DNA of 64,000 bases from Candidatus Omnitrophota bacterium (GCA_015231405.1 JADGBR010000001.1:219964-283963); one strand, 5' to 3'; positions 28,678 through 39,177 are shown, counted from the first letter of the stretch. Made by a program: numbers and translations. Notes: a model not told the origin generated them from the letters alone.

Positions 28678-30601
28678 ATTATTCTGCCGCATATTCCAAT
28701 TCACACCCATGGGTTTCAACCTGATGGTAGGCAGGGCTCTTGGCTCTCTAGCGTATCTCGCCGGCGGCAGGAGAACTAAGATAACATATTCCAATCTTAA
28801 AGCCGCGTTCGCGTCCGAAAAAACTCCCGCCGAATTAAGGCGTATAACCGTTTCCGTTTACCGTAACATCGCGATGACCATAGCTGAGATCATGTCTCTC
28901 AGGAAAGTCGATAAGGCGTACATTGACAAATATGTCAAAGTTGAGAATATCGAGAGGATCGAGGAAGCTTCCAGGAATCCGGGAGGGATGATACTGATAT
29001 CCGCCCATTTTGGAAATTGGGAGCTCAGCTGTGTCGCCAGTGCTATGATGGGGTTCCCTCTCAATCTTCTGGCAAGAGACCAGAAGATGTCCAGGGTCAA
29101 CGATCTTTTTATCGCTCTCAGGGAATCTAAAGGGAATAAGGTTATGCGTAAGGGGATGGATGTAAAGAACCTTCTTAAAGTGCTCAAAGACGGTAAAAGT
29201 ATCGGTCTTTTAGCGGATCAGAACGCCGGGCGGTCGGGGGAACTTATCAAATTGTTCGGGCGTCCCGCGTCGACGGCCCAGGGCCCATACAGGTTCGCGA
29301 AACAGACAGGAGCCCTCATTTTGCCGGCTTTCATTCACAGGATCGATAATAGCCCCTATCAGGTAGTGGAGCTCGAGGAGCCTTTCAGCATTGACAAAAA
29401 AGAAGATATTGTTCCGTATATGGAAAGATACAACCGTCTCCTGGAGAAACACATTAAAAGGGATCCCGACCACTGGTTCTGGGTGCACAAAAAATGGAAA
29501 ATAACACCTTTGAAAAAAGTATTGGTGCTCGATGACGGTAAGAAGGGGCATTTGAAACAGTCGCTGGCCCTGGCGGATCTCATAGTTAAATACCGGATCA
29601 GTAAGGGTTTTTCCCCGCTCGATCTCACGATAGATACGGTAACTGTAGAGTTTAAAAGCAACTGGACAAGGTTTATGACGAAGATACTGGCGCCTTTCAT
29701 GACCAGTTTTCTTATGATACATCTTGGGATACTCAAAAGAGTTCTTAAGGAAAAGACGTACAACGAACTCGTCCACGGATACTGGGATGTGATAGTCAGC
29801 GCCGGGTCGAGCCTTTACGGCGTCAACCTGGCCATGAAAACCGAGAACATGGCCCGTTCCGTGGCGGTTTTCGATCCGGGCGTTCTTGTGAGAGATAAGT
29901 TCGACCTTGCCGTTATCCCGCGGCATGACGCCGAAAAAAAGGATCATAGCCGTAATGAGAATGTCGTTATAACTGAGCTGCTCCTTGTTAAAAAGGATCA
30001 TTACGGGCAGCCGGATCCCCCACCCGCGGCCGTGGCAGTAAATGACGGGTCTCCGAGGAAAGGTGTTATGGCCATTGGGCTCCTGGTTGGGGGAGAGAAC
30101 GAAGAATTTTCTTTTGACGGGTCCTTAGCGGAGGAACTACTTGCGGGGATGATAGAAACCTGCAGAGATAGCGGTTCAATTTTCCACGTTACTACATCCA
30201 GAAGGACTCCGGCAAAAGTAGCCGAGATCCTACTGCGGGGTTTCTCAAGAGGTCAATATCTGGGTTCTTTCGTCAACGGCAATAATGACATATCCGCTGT
30301 GACAGTCGAAAAGATCCTGGGTTCGTCCGATATAGTCGTTGTTTCCGGAGAGAGCATATCTATGGTATCAGAGGCCGTATCCTCCGGGAAGCCCGTGCTT
30401 GTTTTTATGCCTCCCAAAAAAAAGAAAGCAGTTTCAAAATATGAAAAGTTCGTCTCCAGGCTCGAGAAAGACGGTGTGATCAGCGTTATCCGTCCGCGTG
30501 AACTTAACGACGCGCTTCACGCTCGCATGGCTTCCGGTGTAGGAGGGTTTCAGTCCGACGATGACAGGAAAGTAATGGAACGAATGTACAGGCTGTTTTA
30601 A
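28649..30601 (+). CDS. LpxL-like lipid A acyltransferase fused to ELM1/GtrOC1-like domain
   Basis: N-half HFGNWE, LADQ, WFWVHKKWK; C-half DDGKKGHLKQSLALA, FDLAVIPRHD, TTSRRTP, VSGESISMVSEAVSSGKPV. Confidence 0.82.
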   Translation: MDLIASLAARLFCRIFQFTPMGFNLMVGRALGSLAYLAGGRRTKITYSNLKAAFASEKTPAELRRITVSVYRNIAMTIAEIMSLRKVDKAYIDKYVKVENIERIEEASRNPGGMILISAHFGNWELSCVASAMMGFPLNLLARDQKMSRVNDLFIALRESKGNKVMRKGMDVKNLLKVLKDGKSIGLLADQNAGRSGELIKLFGRPASTAQGPYRFAKQTGALILPAFIHRIDNSPYQVVELEEPFSIDKKEDIVPYMERYNRLLEKHIKRDPDHWFWVHKKWKITPLKKVLVLDDGKKGHLKQSLALADLIVKYRISKGFSPLDLTIDTVTVEFKSNWTRFMTKILAPFMTSFLMIHLGILKRVLKEKTYNELVHGYWDVIVSAGSSLYGVNLAMKTENMARSVAVFDPGVLVRDKFDLAVIPRHDAEKKDHSRNENVVITELLLVKKDHYGQPDPPPAAVAVNDGSPRKGVMAIGLLVGGENEEFSFDGSLAEELLAGMIETCRDSGSIFHVTTSRRTPAKVAEILLRGFSRGQYLGSFVNGNNDISAVTVEKILGSSDIVVVSGESISMVSEAVSSGKPVLVFMPPKKKKAVSKYEKFVSRLEKDGVISVIRPRELNDALHARMASGVGGFQSDDDRKVMERMYRLF

Positions 30602-30624
30602 TGTGCGTAACGGAGCGATAGATC

Positions 30625-32712
30625 ATGAACGTATTACAGCTGGTCCCGAAACTTAATGTCGGTGGTGTTGAGGTAGGCACGGTCGATGTGGCCCGCGCTC
30701 TTACCCTTTTAGGGAACAAGTCGGTCGTAGCTTCCGCGGGAGGCGCTCTGGAAAGGGACCTTGTAGCCACAGGTTCCAAACATTATAATCTTGCCGTCGG
30801 GAAAAAGAACCCTGTCACTATGTTCTTTGTTTACAGAGAACTAAGGAAAATAATCAGCAGGGAAAATATAGACATAGTTCATGCCAGGAGCAGGATCCCG
30901 GCACTTATCGGCTATTTCGCCGCGCGCCACGAGGGAAAGACCTTCATAACAACCGCTCACGGTCAATATCGGAAACATTTTATCAGCAGCATAATGGGAT
31001 GGGGCAAGATAGTTATTGTCGCCAATGAGACCATGTCCGAATATATGAACGAAAAATTCGGCGTTAAGAAAGAAAAGATGGTAATTATACCCAGGGGGGT
31101 CGATCTCGAGAAGTTCCAGTTCAGGGGGAAAAAGATCAAGAAGGATAACGTGATCCGCGTGGGCATGATATCGCGCATAACTCCGTTGAAAGGTCATCTG
31201 GATTTTATCGAAGCTATATCGCTTGTAACCCGGAAATACCCTTGTGTGGAAGGTATCATAATGGGGGATATGTCCTCAGCTAAACCCGACTACATAACAA
31301 AGATAAAACTTTCTATCGCACGGCTTTCGCTTGAACGGGTAATTAAGTTCAAGGATTCAAGGGAAAAGGTACCGGACGTCCTCAAAGAACTCGATGTTTT
31401 CGTTTCAGCCAACCGTAAGCAGGAGGCGTTCGGGCGTTCGGTGATAGAAGCCCAGGCTGTAGGGGTCCCGGTTGTGGCGACAAGGGTCGGGGGAGTCATA
31501 GAAAGCGTTAAAGACGGTGAAACAGGTTTGATCGCGGAACCATCCGATCCGGTGGATCTTGCGGAAAAGATAATACGAGTGATAAGTTCTCCCGAAACGG
31601 CTCTGTCCATGGTCAAGAACGCAAGGGCTAATGTCGAGAAAGAATACTCTCTTGAACGTATGCTTAACCTGACCATAAGCGCCTATAAGAACGTCCTTAA
31701 AATGAAAAAGATCCTTGTGATGAAAATAAGCTCACTGGGAGATATAGTGCTTTCAGTCCCTTCCCTCAGGGCATTGAGGTGTAAGTATCCTTTATCGGTG
31801 ATAAAGGTACTCGTTGACATCAGGTTCAGGGAAGCGCTGAAAGGAATACCCTACGTTGACGAGATCATTACATGCGACCTTAACGGCAGGGACAGCGGCC
31901 GGTCTTTTATAAAGTTCGGTGAACGGCTCCGCGACGAGAATTTTGACTTATCGGTCGATCTTCAGAACAGCAAGAAGAGCCATATGCTCGCGTTCCTGGC
32001 TTTTATTCCCGAAAGGTATGGATATGATAACGGTAAATTGAGCTTTCTCATTAATAGACGCACCAAAATGCCCCAGAGGCCAATGGACCCGCTGGATCAC
32101 CAGCTTAACCTTCTTCATCTTCTCGGTGTTACGCTTATGGAGAAGCGGCTGGAGCTGGTGAGCGACCCTCTTTCAGATGAATGGGTAGATGAGTTCCTCG
32201 CCGCTAACTGGGTGAAAGATGGCCAGCCGATCGTCGGGATCAGCCTGTCGGCAAGCGAAAAATGGCCCAGCAAGAACTGGGGGCTTGAAAATTTCATACG
32301 TTTAAGCGAGCTTCTTGCCCGTGTCAACGGAATAAGAGTGGTCCTCCTGGGGGCTGAAAGCGACGCTCCGGCGGCCGATATATTCGTTAACTCTACCGAT
32401 TCAAAGCCAGTGAATGCGGTTGGCAAGACGACCATAGGGCAGCTGGCCAGCCTCATAAAGCGATCGAGCGTTATAGTCACCGGCGATTCGGCTCCTATGC
32501 ATATGGCGGCTGCATTTAATATCCCTTTCGTGGCGATCTTTGGGCCCACTGATCCCAAAAGGCATTTGCCTCCGGCCGAACATTATAAACTTATACATAA
32601 AAGATTTCCCTGCTCTTCCTGTTACAAGGGAAAATGCCCCAAGGACATGAGGTGTATGAACATGATAAAACCTCAGGAGATCTTTGAGGCCGTAACGGAA
32701 TTAATGGCATGA
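30625..32712 (+). CDS. GT4 glycosyltransferase fused to GT9 heptosyltransferase-like domain
   Basis: GGVE, HARSR, EAFGRSVIEA..VGVPVV (GT4); KISSLGDIV, TGDSAPMHMAAA, FGPT (GT9). Confidence 0.88.
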   Translation: MNVLQLVPKLNVGGVEVGTVDVARALTLLGNKSVVASAGGALERDLVATGSKHYNLAVGKKNPVTMFFVYRELRKIISRENIDIVHARSRIPALIGYFAARHEGKTFITTAHGQYRKHFISSIMGWGKIVIVANETMSEYMNEKFGVKKEKMVIIPRGVDLEKFQFRGKKIKKDNVIRVGMISRITPLKGHLDFIEAISLVTRKYPCVEGIIMGDMSSAKPDYITKIKLSIARLSLERVIKFKDSREKVPDVLKELDVFVSANRKQEAFGRSVIEAQAVGVPVVATRVGGVIESVKDGETGLIAEPSDPVDLAEKIIRVISSPETALSMVKNARANVEKEYSLERMLNLTISAYKNVLKMKKILVMKISSLGDIVLSVPSLRALRCKYPLSVIKVLVDIRFREALKGIPYVDEIITCDLNGRDSGRSFIKFGERLRDENFDLSVDLQNSKKSHMLAFLAFIPERYGYDNGKLSFLINRRTKMPQRPMDPLDHQLNLLHLLGVTLMEKRLELVSDPLSDEWVDEFLAANWVKDGQPIVGISLSASEKWPSKNWGLENFIRLSELLARVNGIRVVLLGAESDAPAADIFVNSTDSKPVNAVGKTTIGQLASLIKRSSVIVTGDSAPMHMAAAFNIPFVAIFGPTDPKRHLPPAEHYKLIHKRFPCSSCYKGKCPKDMRCMNMIKPQEIFEAVTELMA

Positions 32713-33821
32713 AAGTCCTCATTTTCGCCAAGCACATGAACATCGGGGGTATTGGAATGTATTCCCTGAACCTGGCCAGAGAGCTGGGTAAGAACGGCCT
32801 CACCGTTGAGATAGCCTCGAGCGGTGGAGGGCTAGAGAAAGATATAAGGGATTCAGGGATAACTCACCATAGTTTAGATATCAACTCAAAGAACGAGTTC
32901 GGTATTATGATGTTGAGGTCTCTGGCTCCTTTCCGAAAACTATGCGTTGAAAGGGGCTTCGATATCGTTCACTCCCAGGACAGGATGACGCAGATCATCG
33001 CTGACTTATCCGGCCGCCTGACCGGCATACCGTATGTCACCACTTGCCACGGCTTCTTCAAGGCCAGAAGGCTCTCGAGGAGGATTTTCCCGGCCTGGGG
33101 CAGGAAAGTCATAGCGATAAGCCGGAACGTCGAGAAACATCTTATTTTAGATTTTAAGGTAGATCCGGGGAAAGTCCGGCAGGTGTATAACGGGATCGAT
33201 ACAGCCAGATTCTCACCCGATAAAAAGGTGAAAGATGACGAAGTTATCTCGATGACGGGCCTCTCCCGGGGAAAGAAGGTCATCGGCAATGTAGGAAGAT
33301 TTTCCGCTGTCAAAGGGCAGCGATACTTGATCGAGGCATTTGCTGAACTTATCGGTAAAGGATATGACTGTCAGCTTTTCTGCCTGGGAGATAACGGCGG
33401 TGAAAGAGAAAAGCTGGAAGAATTGGCCGGACAGCTAGGCGTTAAGGATAATATGGTCTTGTTGTCCGAAAGCGTATTCCCGCTCGAAAAATATCTGGCG
33501 ATCATGGACGTTTTCTGCCTGCCGTCCGTCCAGGAAGGCTTGGGGCTGGCTCTTTTAGAGGCTATGTCGATGGGGCTTCCGGCCGTAGCTTCTAATGTCG
33601 GGGGTATACCTGAGATAATTGATGACGGCGAGACGGGTCTTCTCGTCAGACCCGCCGACCCGGTTGATCTCGCTAACGCTGTCTCGAGATATCTTGACGA
33701 CGGGGCGCTGCTTCAGAGAGTGTGCCGTAACGCTCCCGGAAAAGTATCCCGGGATTTCTCTTTTGACAAGTTCGCTAAGGGGATCCTCAAAGTTTACGAA
33801 GAAGTATTGGCGGGAGTTTGA
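32709..33821 (+). CDS. Glycosyltransferase family 4
   Basis: VTTCHG, YNGID, KGQRYL, EGLGLALLEAMSMGLP. Confidence 0.9.
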   Translation: MKVLIFAKHMNIGGIGMYSLNLARELGKNGLTVEIASSGGGLEKDIRDSGITHHSLDINSKNEFGIMMLRSLAPFRKLCVERGFDIVHSQDRMTQIIADLSGRLTGIPYVTTCHGFFKARRLSRRIFPAWGRKVIAISRNVEKHLILDFKVDPGKVRQVYNGIDTARFSPDKKVKDDEVISMTGLSRGKKVIGNVGRFSAVKGQRYLIEAFAELIGKGYDCQLFCLGDNGGEREKLEELAGQLGVKDNMVLLSESVFPLEKYLAIMDVFCLPSVQEGLGLALLEAMSMGLPAVASNVGGIPEIIDDGETGLLVRPADPVDLANAVSRYLDDGALLQRVCRNAPGKVSRDFSFDKFAKGILKVYEEVLAGV

Positions 33822-33824
33822 AAC

Positions 33825-34859
33825 ATGCCACCTCAATTAAAAAATCAAAGATTCCTTATTTTCGAGCTTAACTGGCTTGGCGACATAATTTTTTCGCTGC
33901 CGCTGATCGAGGCGCTTAAAAAAGGGTGCGTCGGCGCCAGAGTGACGTGCATAGTGGTGCCACGGTACAAAAAGATCCTTGAGAAATGCGTTCTGGTGGA
34001 CGGGATCATCGAGCTTAGCGACCGCCGCGGTATGGGTTCACTGTGGGAAAAGCTCTTAACGGTCTTAAAGATATCCGGAAAGTTCGATGTATGTTTTCTG
34101 CTGAAACCCTCGAAAAGCAAGTCTTTAATGGCCCTGGCGGCGGGTATACCGCGGAGGGTCGGATTCACCGGAAAAAAATATTCGTTAACGGATACTGTCG
34201 AAATGGACTTGACAGCCATACACCGTGTGGACAGTCTTGTGTCTCTGGCTTTTGTCATGGGAATTGGGCCGGGCGACAACAGGTACTCTCTCAAGATATC
34301 AAATGCGGATCTATGCCTTGCCCTTGATCTCCTGGAGACTATATCACCCGGTCTTCAGTCGTATGTGGCAATTCATCCCGGAGGGAACTGGGGGGCTAAA
34401 AGATGGGATAAGGAAAACTTCGTGTTCCTTATAAAACGTATCCTGGAAAAGTACAGCGATATAAAGGTATTCATAACGGGAGCACCTGATGACTCGCCAC
34501 TCGCCGAATTAATTAGGGGCGGCGTTAATGACCCGAGGTGTTATAACATCGCGGGAAAGACAGGGCTTGATACCCTGGTTTCGTTGTTTAAGTTGTCGAA
34601 AGCCGTTATAAGCGCCGATTCAGGGCCTCTTCATCTTGCCTCGGCCGCCGGAGCCGATACGGTCTCTCTTTTCGGCCCTACGTCGCCTCTGGTCACGGGA
34701 CCTAGGGGGAAAGGACGTAACATAGTCATCTCTCATGATGTCGACTGCGAGATCCCGTGCTATGAGACAATATGCCCGAAAAATTTCGGATGTATGAGAG
34801 CTATTCAGGTCGAAGAGGTTTTTGGTGCGGTCGTGGAGATCATCGGTGAACGAAGCTAA
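33825..34859 (+). CDS. GT9 LPS heptosyltransferase (WaaF-like)
   Basis: NWLGDII, HPGG..AKRW, GKT, DSGPLHLASA, FGPT. Confidence 0.9.
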   Translation: MPPQLKNQRFLIFELNWLGDIIFSLPLIEALKKGCVGARVTCIVVPRYKKILEKCVLVDGIIELSDRRGMGSLWEKLLTVLKISGKFDVCFLLKPSKSKSLMALAAGIPRRVGFTGKKYSLTDTVEMDLTAIHRVDSLVSLAFVMGIGPGDNRYSLKISNADLCLALDLLETISPGLQSYVAIHPGGNWGAKRWDKENFVFLIKRILEKYSDIKVFITGAPDDSPLAELIRGGVNDPRCYNIAGKTGLDTLVSLFKLSKAVISADSGPLHLASAAGADTVSLFGPTSPLVTGPRGKGRNIVISHDVDCEIPCYETICPKNFGCMRAIQVEEVFGAVVEIIGERS

Positions 34860-34869
34860 GGGTTTAAAT

Positions 34870-35871
34870 ATGTCAAATAACGTAAGATCGATCCTATTCA
34901 TCTCGCTGAGTAATCTCGGGGATATCATCCTGACCACTCCGGTCCTGGTGTCTCTTTCTTGTAATTATCCCGAAGCCGCGATAGATGTCATTGCAGGCCC
35001 GTCCGGGAAAGAGATCTTCGAGGGGCACCCGCGGGTGAGAAGTGTCTGGATCCGCACCAAAAGGCCATCATTATCTGAAAGGATCAGGGAAGTAATATTT
35101 CTCAGCGGTAAAAAATATGACCTGGTCGTAGATCTGAAAAATACCATGTTGCCGTTATTGCTGAGGGCCGCTCAGGGCAATTATATCCGGTCAATGTGGT
35201 CGGCTGCTTCCAGAAAGAACAACAGGTCGATCCATAAATCAATGGAACACCTTATGAAATTGGAGGATTTTTTACCATCGCGAGCCGAAACAATATCCTT
35301 TTATCTGCCCATAGACCCGATAAATGAACTGAAGGCCGAGAGTTTGCTTAAAGGGGCTCCGGGGCCCAAAAGGGTCATCGCATTCCCCGGGTCTAAAAGT
35401 CACCTGAAAAGATGGCCGGCATCAAAATATTCGAGAGTTCTGGACCATCTTGCCGCGAAATATGAGGCCAGCTTGATCCTGGCGGGGGATATTTCGGACA
35501 AGGCTGTTAACGATGAGCTCAGATCAAATATGGATCATGAAGTCCTGGATATTTCCGGGAAGACCGATATTTCTCTCCTTACGTCATTGGTTAAAAGGAT
35601 GGACCTTATGATAACCAATGACAGCGCTCCGCTGCATATGGGGAGCGCTCTTGATATACCGGTACTGGCTATCTTCGGCCCTTCCGATGAAAAAAAATAC
35701 GGTCCGCTGTCGGCGAGACATGTCACGATATCACCCGATAAAGATTGCCGGCCCTGTAACTCAGCGTTGTGCGCTTTGGGTCTTGAGCTGGGATGTATAA
35801 ACGATATATCGGTCGAGAAAGTCATCGAAGCCGCAGAGTCGTTGCTCAGCCGGGAGAGGGACAGTGCGTAA
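34870..35871 (+). CDS. GT9 LPS heptosyltransferase family
   Basis: SNLGDIILTTP, PGS...KRWP, NDSAPLH, FGPS; start placed at ATG 34870. Confidence 0.9.
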   Translation: MSNNVRSILFISLSNLGDIILTTPVLVSLSCNYPEAAIDVIAGPSGKEIFEGHPRVRSVWIRTKRPSLSERIREVIFLSGKKYDLVVDLKNTMLPLLLRAAQGNYIRSMWSAASRKNNRSIHKSMEHLMKLEDFLPSRAETISFYLPIDPINELKAESLLKGAPGPKRVIAFPGSKSHLKRWPASKYSRVLDHLAAKYEASLILAGDISDKAVNDELRSNMDHEVLDISGKTDISLLTSLVKRMDLMITNDSAPLHMGSALDIPVLAIFGPSDEKKYGPLSARHVTISPDKDCRPCNSALCALGLELGCINDISVEKVIEAAESLLSRERDSA

Positions 35872-36913
35872 ACAAAGAAGAATACTCTTAGCGAGAACTG
35901 ACAGGCTTGGAGACGTGGTGCTGACAACCCCCGCTATCCGGGAGCTTAGGCGCGTGTTCCCTGACGCGTTCATCGCTGTGATGGTCAGGCCGTACGCCGG
36001 GGATATCGTCAAAAATGACCCGCATATAGACGAAGTCATCCTATACGATAAAAACGGAGCGCACAGCGGGTTCTTTCAAACTCTCCGGTTCGCATTCTCT
36101 TTAAGGAAATACAGGTTTGACAGCGCCATATCGTTCCACCCTAACAACAGGACACATCTAATATTTTTCTTTTCAGGCATACCCGAAAGGGCCGGATATG
36201 ACAGGAATATGCCGTATCTTTTGACTAAAAAAGTGCCTCATGATAAACAGAAAGGGGATATGCACGAGGCAGAGTATAATCTGGACCTTCTCGAAAAGTT
36301 AGGCATCCCTGTCTCAAAGGACGATCTTTGCCCGATAATGGTAACATCCCGTAGCGAGAAAGAGCTGGTGGATAAGATTATAACTGAGAAAGGGATAAAA
36401 AAGCGATTTGTTGTGTTCCATGCCGGGGCAAGTTGCCTTTCGAAAATATGGAGCTATGAGAATTTCGCCGAAGTCGCCGTGCGTACTAGGGATGAGTTCG
36501 GCCTGGATATCGTTCTTATTGGCTCTTTGGAAACACTCTCAATAAACGAAAAGATCGTTTCGATCGTTAAAAAAAGTGTCCATGATCTCGCCGGCGTCCT
36601 CAGTGTAGGCGAGACTGCGGAGCTCATCAGAAGGTCGGTCCTGCTCATATCGAACGATTCTGGACCCGTACACATCGCCTCAGCCGTCGGAACTCCTAAT
36701 GTCGTAATTTTTGGCAGGAAGGATCCCGGGTTATCCCCGCTTCGCTGGGGCCCATTAGGTAAAACGGATAGGGTGCTTCATAAGGATGCTGGTTGTATCG
36801 CATGCCTGGCGCATAATTGCGTAAAAGGATTCCGGTGTATTAATTCAGTGACAGTTCAGGAAGTATTCGATTCGGCAGTTCATATTATTTCGAAGCACGA
36901 TACAGTATCGTGA
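35864..36913 (+). CDS. GT9 LPS heptosyltransferase family
   Basis: RTDRLGDVVLTTP, SNDSGPVHIASAVG, RWGP. Confidence 0.9.
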   Translation: MRKQRRILLARTDRLGDVVLTTPAIRELRRVFPDAFIAVMVRPYAGDIVKNDPHIDEVILYDKNGAHSGFFQTLRFAFSLRKYRFDSAISFHPNNRTHLIFFFSGIPERAGYDRNMPYLLTKKVPHDKQKGDMHEAEYNLDLLEKLGIPVSKDDLCPIMVTSRSEKELVDKIITEKGIKKRFVVFHAGASCLSKIWSYENFAEVAVRTRDEFGLDIVLIGSLETLSINEKIVSIVKKSVHDLAGVLSVGETAELIRRSVLLISNDSGPVHIASAVGTPNVVIFGRKDPGLSPLRWGPLGKTDRVLHKDAGCIACLAHNCVKGFRCINSVTVQEVFDSAVHIISKHDTVS

Positions 36914-36949
36914 ATCCAGAATTATTTAGCGGACATTTAAGTTTTTGGT

Positions 36950-36958
36950 TGATATAAT
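36950..36958 (+). promoter_or_regulatory. Putative extended -10 promoter for trxA-rfaE1-kds
   Basis: TGATATAAT (TGnTATAAT) in AT-rich intergenic; overlapping TTGATA-16-TATTAT alternative. Confidence 0.45.
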
Positions 36959-37010
36959 ACCCAAAGTTAGTATTATATTGAGTACTTATGTAACCGATAA
37001 AGGAGATGTC

Positions 37011-37343
37011 ATGTCTGAAAGCAAACATGTAATTAGCGTATACGATACAAATTTTGAGGAAGTTGTTTTAAAGTCTGAAATACCTGTTTTAGTCGATTTT
37101 TGGGCTGAATGGTGCGGACCATGCAAAATGATATCCCCTGTGATCGATCAAATAGCCGAGCAGTATAACGGCAAGGTAAAAGTATGTAAAGTCAATATTG
37201 ACCAGGAGCAGGCGATCGCGGCTGATTACGGCGTAATGAGCATTCCTACATTGGCGATATTCAAAGGTGGAGAATTGGTCGATACCATAGTCGGGGCCGT
37301 GCCGAAATCTTCGATAACTTATAAACTCGATTCACATTTATGA
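37011..37343 (+). CDS. trxA: Thioredoxin
   Basis: VDFWAEWCGPCK, SIPT; AAGGAG RBS before ATG 37011. Confidence 0.96.
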   Translation: MSESKHVISVYDTNFEEVVLKSEIPVLVDFWAEWCGPCKMISPVIDQIAEQYNGKVKVCKVNIDQEQAIAADYGVMSIPTLAIFKGGELVDTIVGAVPKSSITYKLDSHL

Positions 37344-37365
37344 TCCCGATGCTGGAGAGGGTATA

Positions 37366-38388
37366 ATGCTGGAAAAATTCAAATTTACTGATTACAAAAA
37401 GATAACCGACAAGTTCGCCCAAAAGAGGATCATGGTAGTCGGCGACCTTCTTCTGGATCAGTATATCTGGGGTAATGTTTCACGTATTTCTCCGGAGGCT
37501 CCGGTACCGGTAGTATGGGTCAAAAAAGAAGGATATGTTCCGGGGGGCTCATGCAATGTCGCCAACAATCTTGTAAGCCTGGGTGCGAAAGTTCTTCTCG
37601 CGGGGGTCATAGGTGACGACAGCCTTGGAGATATATTGAAGGGAAAGCTCTCTGAAAAGAATATCGATATCAAGGGCATCCTTGTGGACCACAACCGTCC
37701 GACGAGCCTTAAAACCCGGGTCATAGCTCATAACCAGCAGGTGGTCCGGATCGACCGCGAAAGCGTCGATGTGCTGGATGAAAGGATCGCTAACGGTATT
37801 TCGGATTATGTCAAAGAAAATATCGACGGCGTTGACGGCGTAATAATAGAAGATTACGGTAAGGGGGTGATCACCCCCAAGGTGCTCCGGAACATTGTTC
37901 CGCTCATTAGGCGGAAAAAAAAGATCGTATCGGTCGACCCCAAAGAGGATCATTTTTCGTATTACCGGGGAGTTACCGTGATAACCCCCAACCACTCCGA
38001 GGCGGAGAAAGCTTACGGCGCGAAGATGGAAACGGACGAGAAGATAAGGACAGCCGGCGTAAAACTCTTAAAACGGCTTGGCACGGAAAGTATTTTGCTT
38101 ACGTTGGGAGAAAAAGGCATGATGCTTTTCGAAAAGGACAAGGTCCCTTACGCGATCCCCACCGTTGCGCGCGAGGTATACGACGTTTCCGGCGCAGGAG
38201 ATACGGTCATAGCGGTTTACACGCTTTCGCTGGCTTCCGGAGGAGCTCCAAGGTTGTCAGCGCATCTGGCCAACTCTGCCGCGGGAATAGTTGTGGGCAA
38301 GATCGGGACCGCGGCGATACAGATTGAGGAGCTTTTGGACATGCTATCCGGACGCTCGACAGATACACAGGCCCAAAGGAATTCATGA
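37366..38388 (+). CDS. rfaE1: D-glycero-beta-D-manno-heptose-7-phosphate kinase (stand-alone HldE kinase domain)
   Basis: RISPEAPVPV, KTRV, DYGKG, TPN..EA, VYDVSGAGDTV. Confidence 0.93.
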   Translation: MLEKFKFTDYKKITDKFAQKRIMVVGDLLLDQYIWGNVSRISPEAPVPVVWVKKEGYVPGGSCNVANNLVSLGAKVLLAGVIGDDSLGDILKGKLSEKNIDIKGILVDHNRPTSLKTRVIAHNQQVVRIDRESVDVLDERIANGISDYVKENIDGVDGVIIEDYGKGVITPKVLRNIVPLIRRKKKIVSVDPKEDHFSYYRGVTVITPNHSEAEKAYGAKMETDEKIRTAGVKLLKRLGTESILLTLGEKGMMLFEKDKVPYAIPTVAREVYDVSGAGDTVIAVYTLSLASGGAPRLSAHLANSAAGIVVGKIGTAAIQIEELLDMLSGRSTDTQAQRNS

Positions 38389-39125
38389 AAGTAATAGCCG
38401 TGATCCCGGCAAGATGGGAATCATCCCGTTTTAAAGGGAAGGTGCTTGCCGATATAAACGGCAAGTCAATGCTTGAGCGTGTATGGGAAAGGGTCAAAAT
38501 GGCCCGGAATATCGATGATGTTATAGTCGCCGTCGATAAAGAGAAAGTCGCCAGGGCCGTAGAGGCGTTCGGAGGAAAAGCGGTATACACCGCTCCGGAG
38601 CAGCCTTCGGGTACGGACAGGATAGCCGAAGCTATGAATTCGCTTGACGCCGACGTAGTGGTCAACGTTCAGGCCGACGAGCCACTCATTGAGCCGCAGA
38701 TGATCGAAGAGTTGGCTCAGGTTTTCGAGTACGAGAAGTCTGCCCAGATGGCCACATTGATAAAAAGGATACACAGGAACGAAGATATCTCTGATCCGAA
38801 TGTCGTTAAGGTCGTCGTTGACAGGAAAGGGTACGCACTCTATTTTTCAAGGAGCCCGATCCCGTACATAAGGGATAAGGAGAAGACGCAGGATGACCCC
38901 GGCGGCAGTTATTTCAAGCATATCGGGATCTACTCATATACAAAGGAGTTCCTTTATGTCTACACTCATATGCCGAAATCTATGCTTGAATGTGCCGAAA
39001 AGCTCGAGCAGCTGAGGGTCCTGGAACACGGCTATAAGATCAGGACGATAGAGACAAGGTACGATACGGTCGGAGTGGATACCCCCGAGGATCTCGAGCG
39101 TGTCAGGGAGCTTTTAAAAAAATAG
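38385..39125 (+). CDS. kdsB: CMP-Kdo synthetase
   Basis: IPARWESSRFKGK, SGTDRIAE, NVQADEP, ALYFSRSPIP, HIGIY, EKLEQLR, VDTPED. Confidence 0.96.
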   Translation: MKVIAVIPARWESSRFKGKVLADINGKSMLERVWERVKMARNIDDVIVAVDKEKVARAVEAFGGKAVYTAPEQPSGTDRIAEAMNSLDADVVVNVQADEPLIEPQMIEELAQVFEYEKSAQMATLIKRIHRNEDISDPNVVKVVVDRKGYALYFSRSPIPYIRDKEKTQDDPGGSYFKHIGIYSYTKEFLYVYTHMPKSMLECAEKLEQLRVLEHGYKIRTIETRYDTVGVDTPEDLERVRELLKK

Positions 39126-39177
39126 ATACGGTGATCGTTTCCGGCTGCCGGATGAAGGTTTCCGGTTTTAGTTCAAT

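Noticed and set aside
29936-30001. 12-nt direct repeat AAAAAGGATCAT (KKDH twice) in the ELM1-like domain
   Set aside because: Low-complexity, in frame, only two copies; likely chance or a small local duplication.
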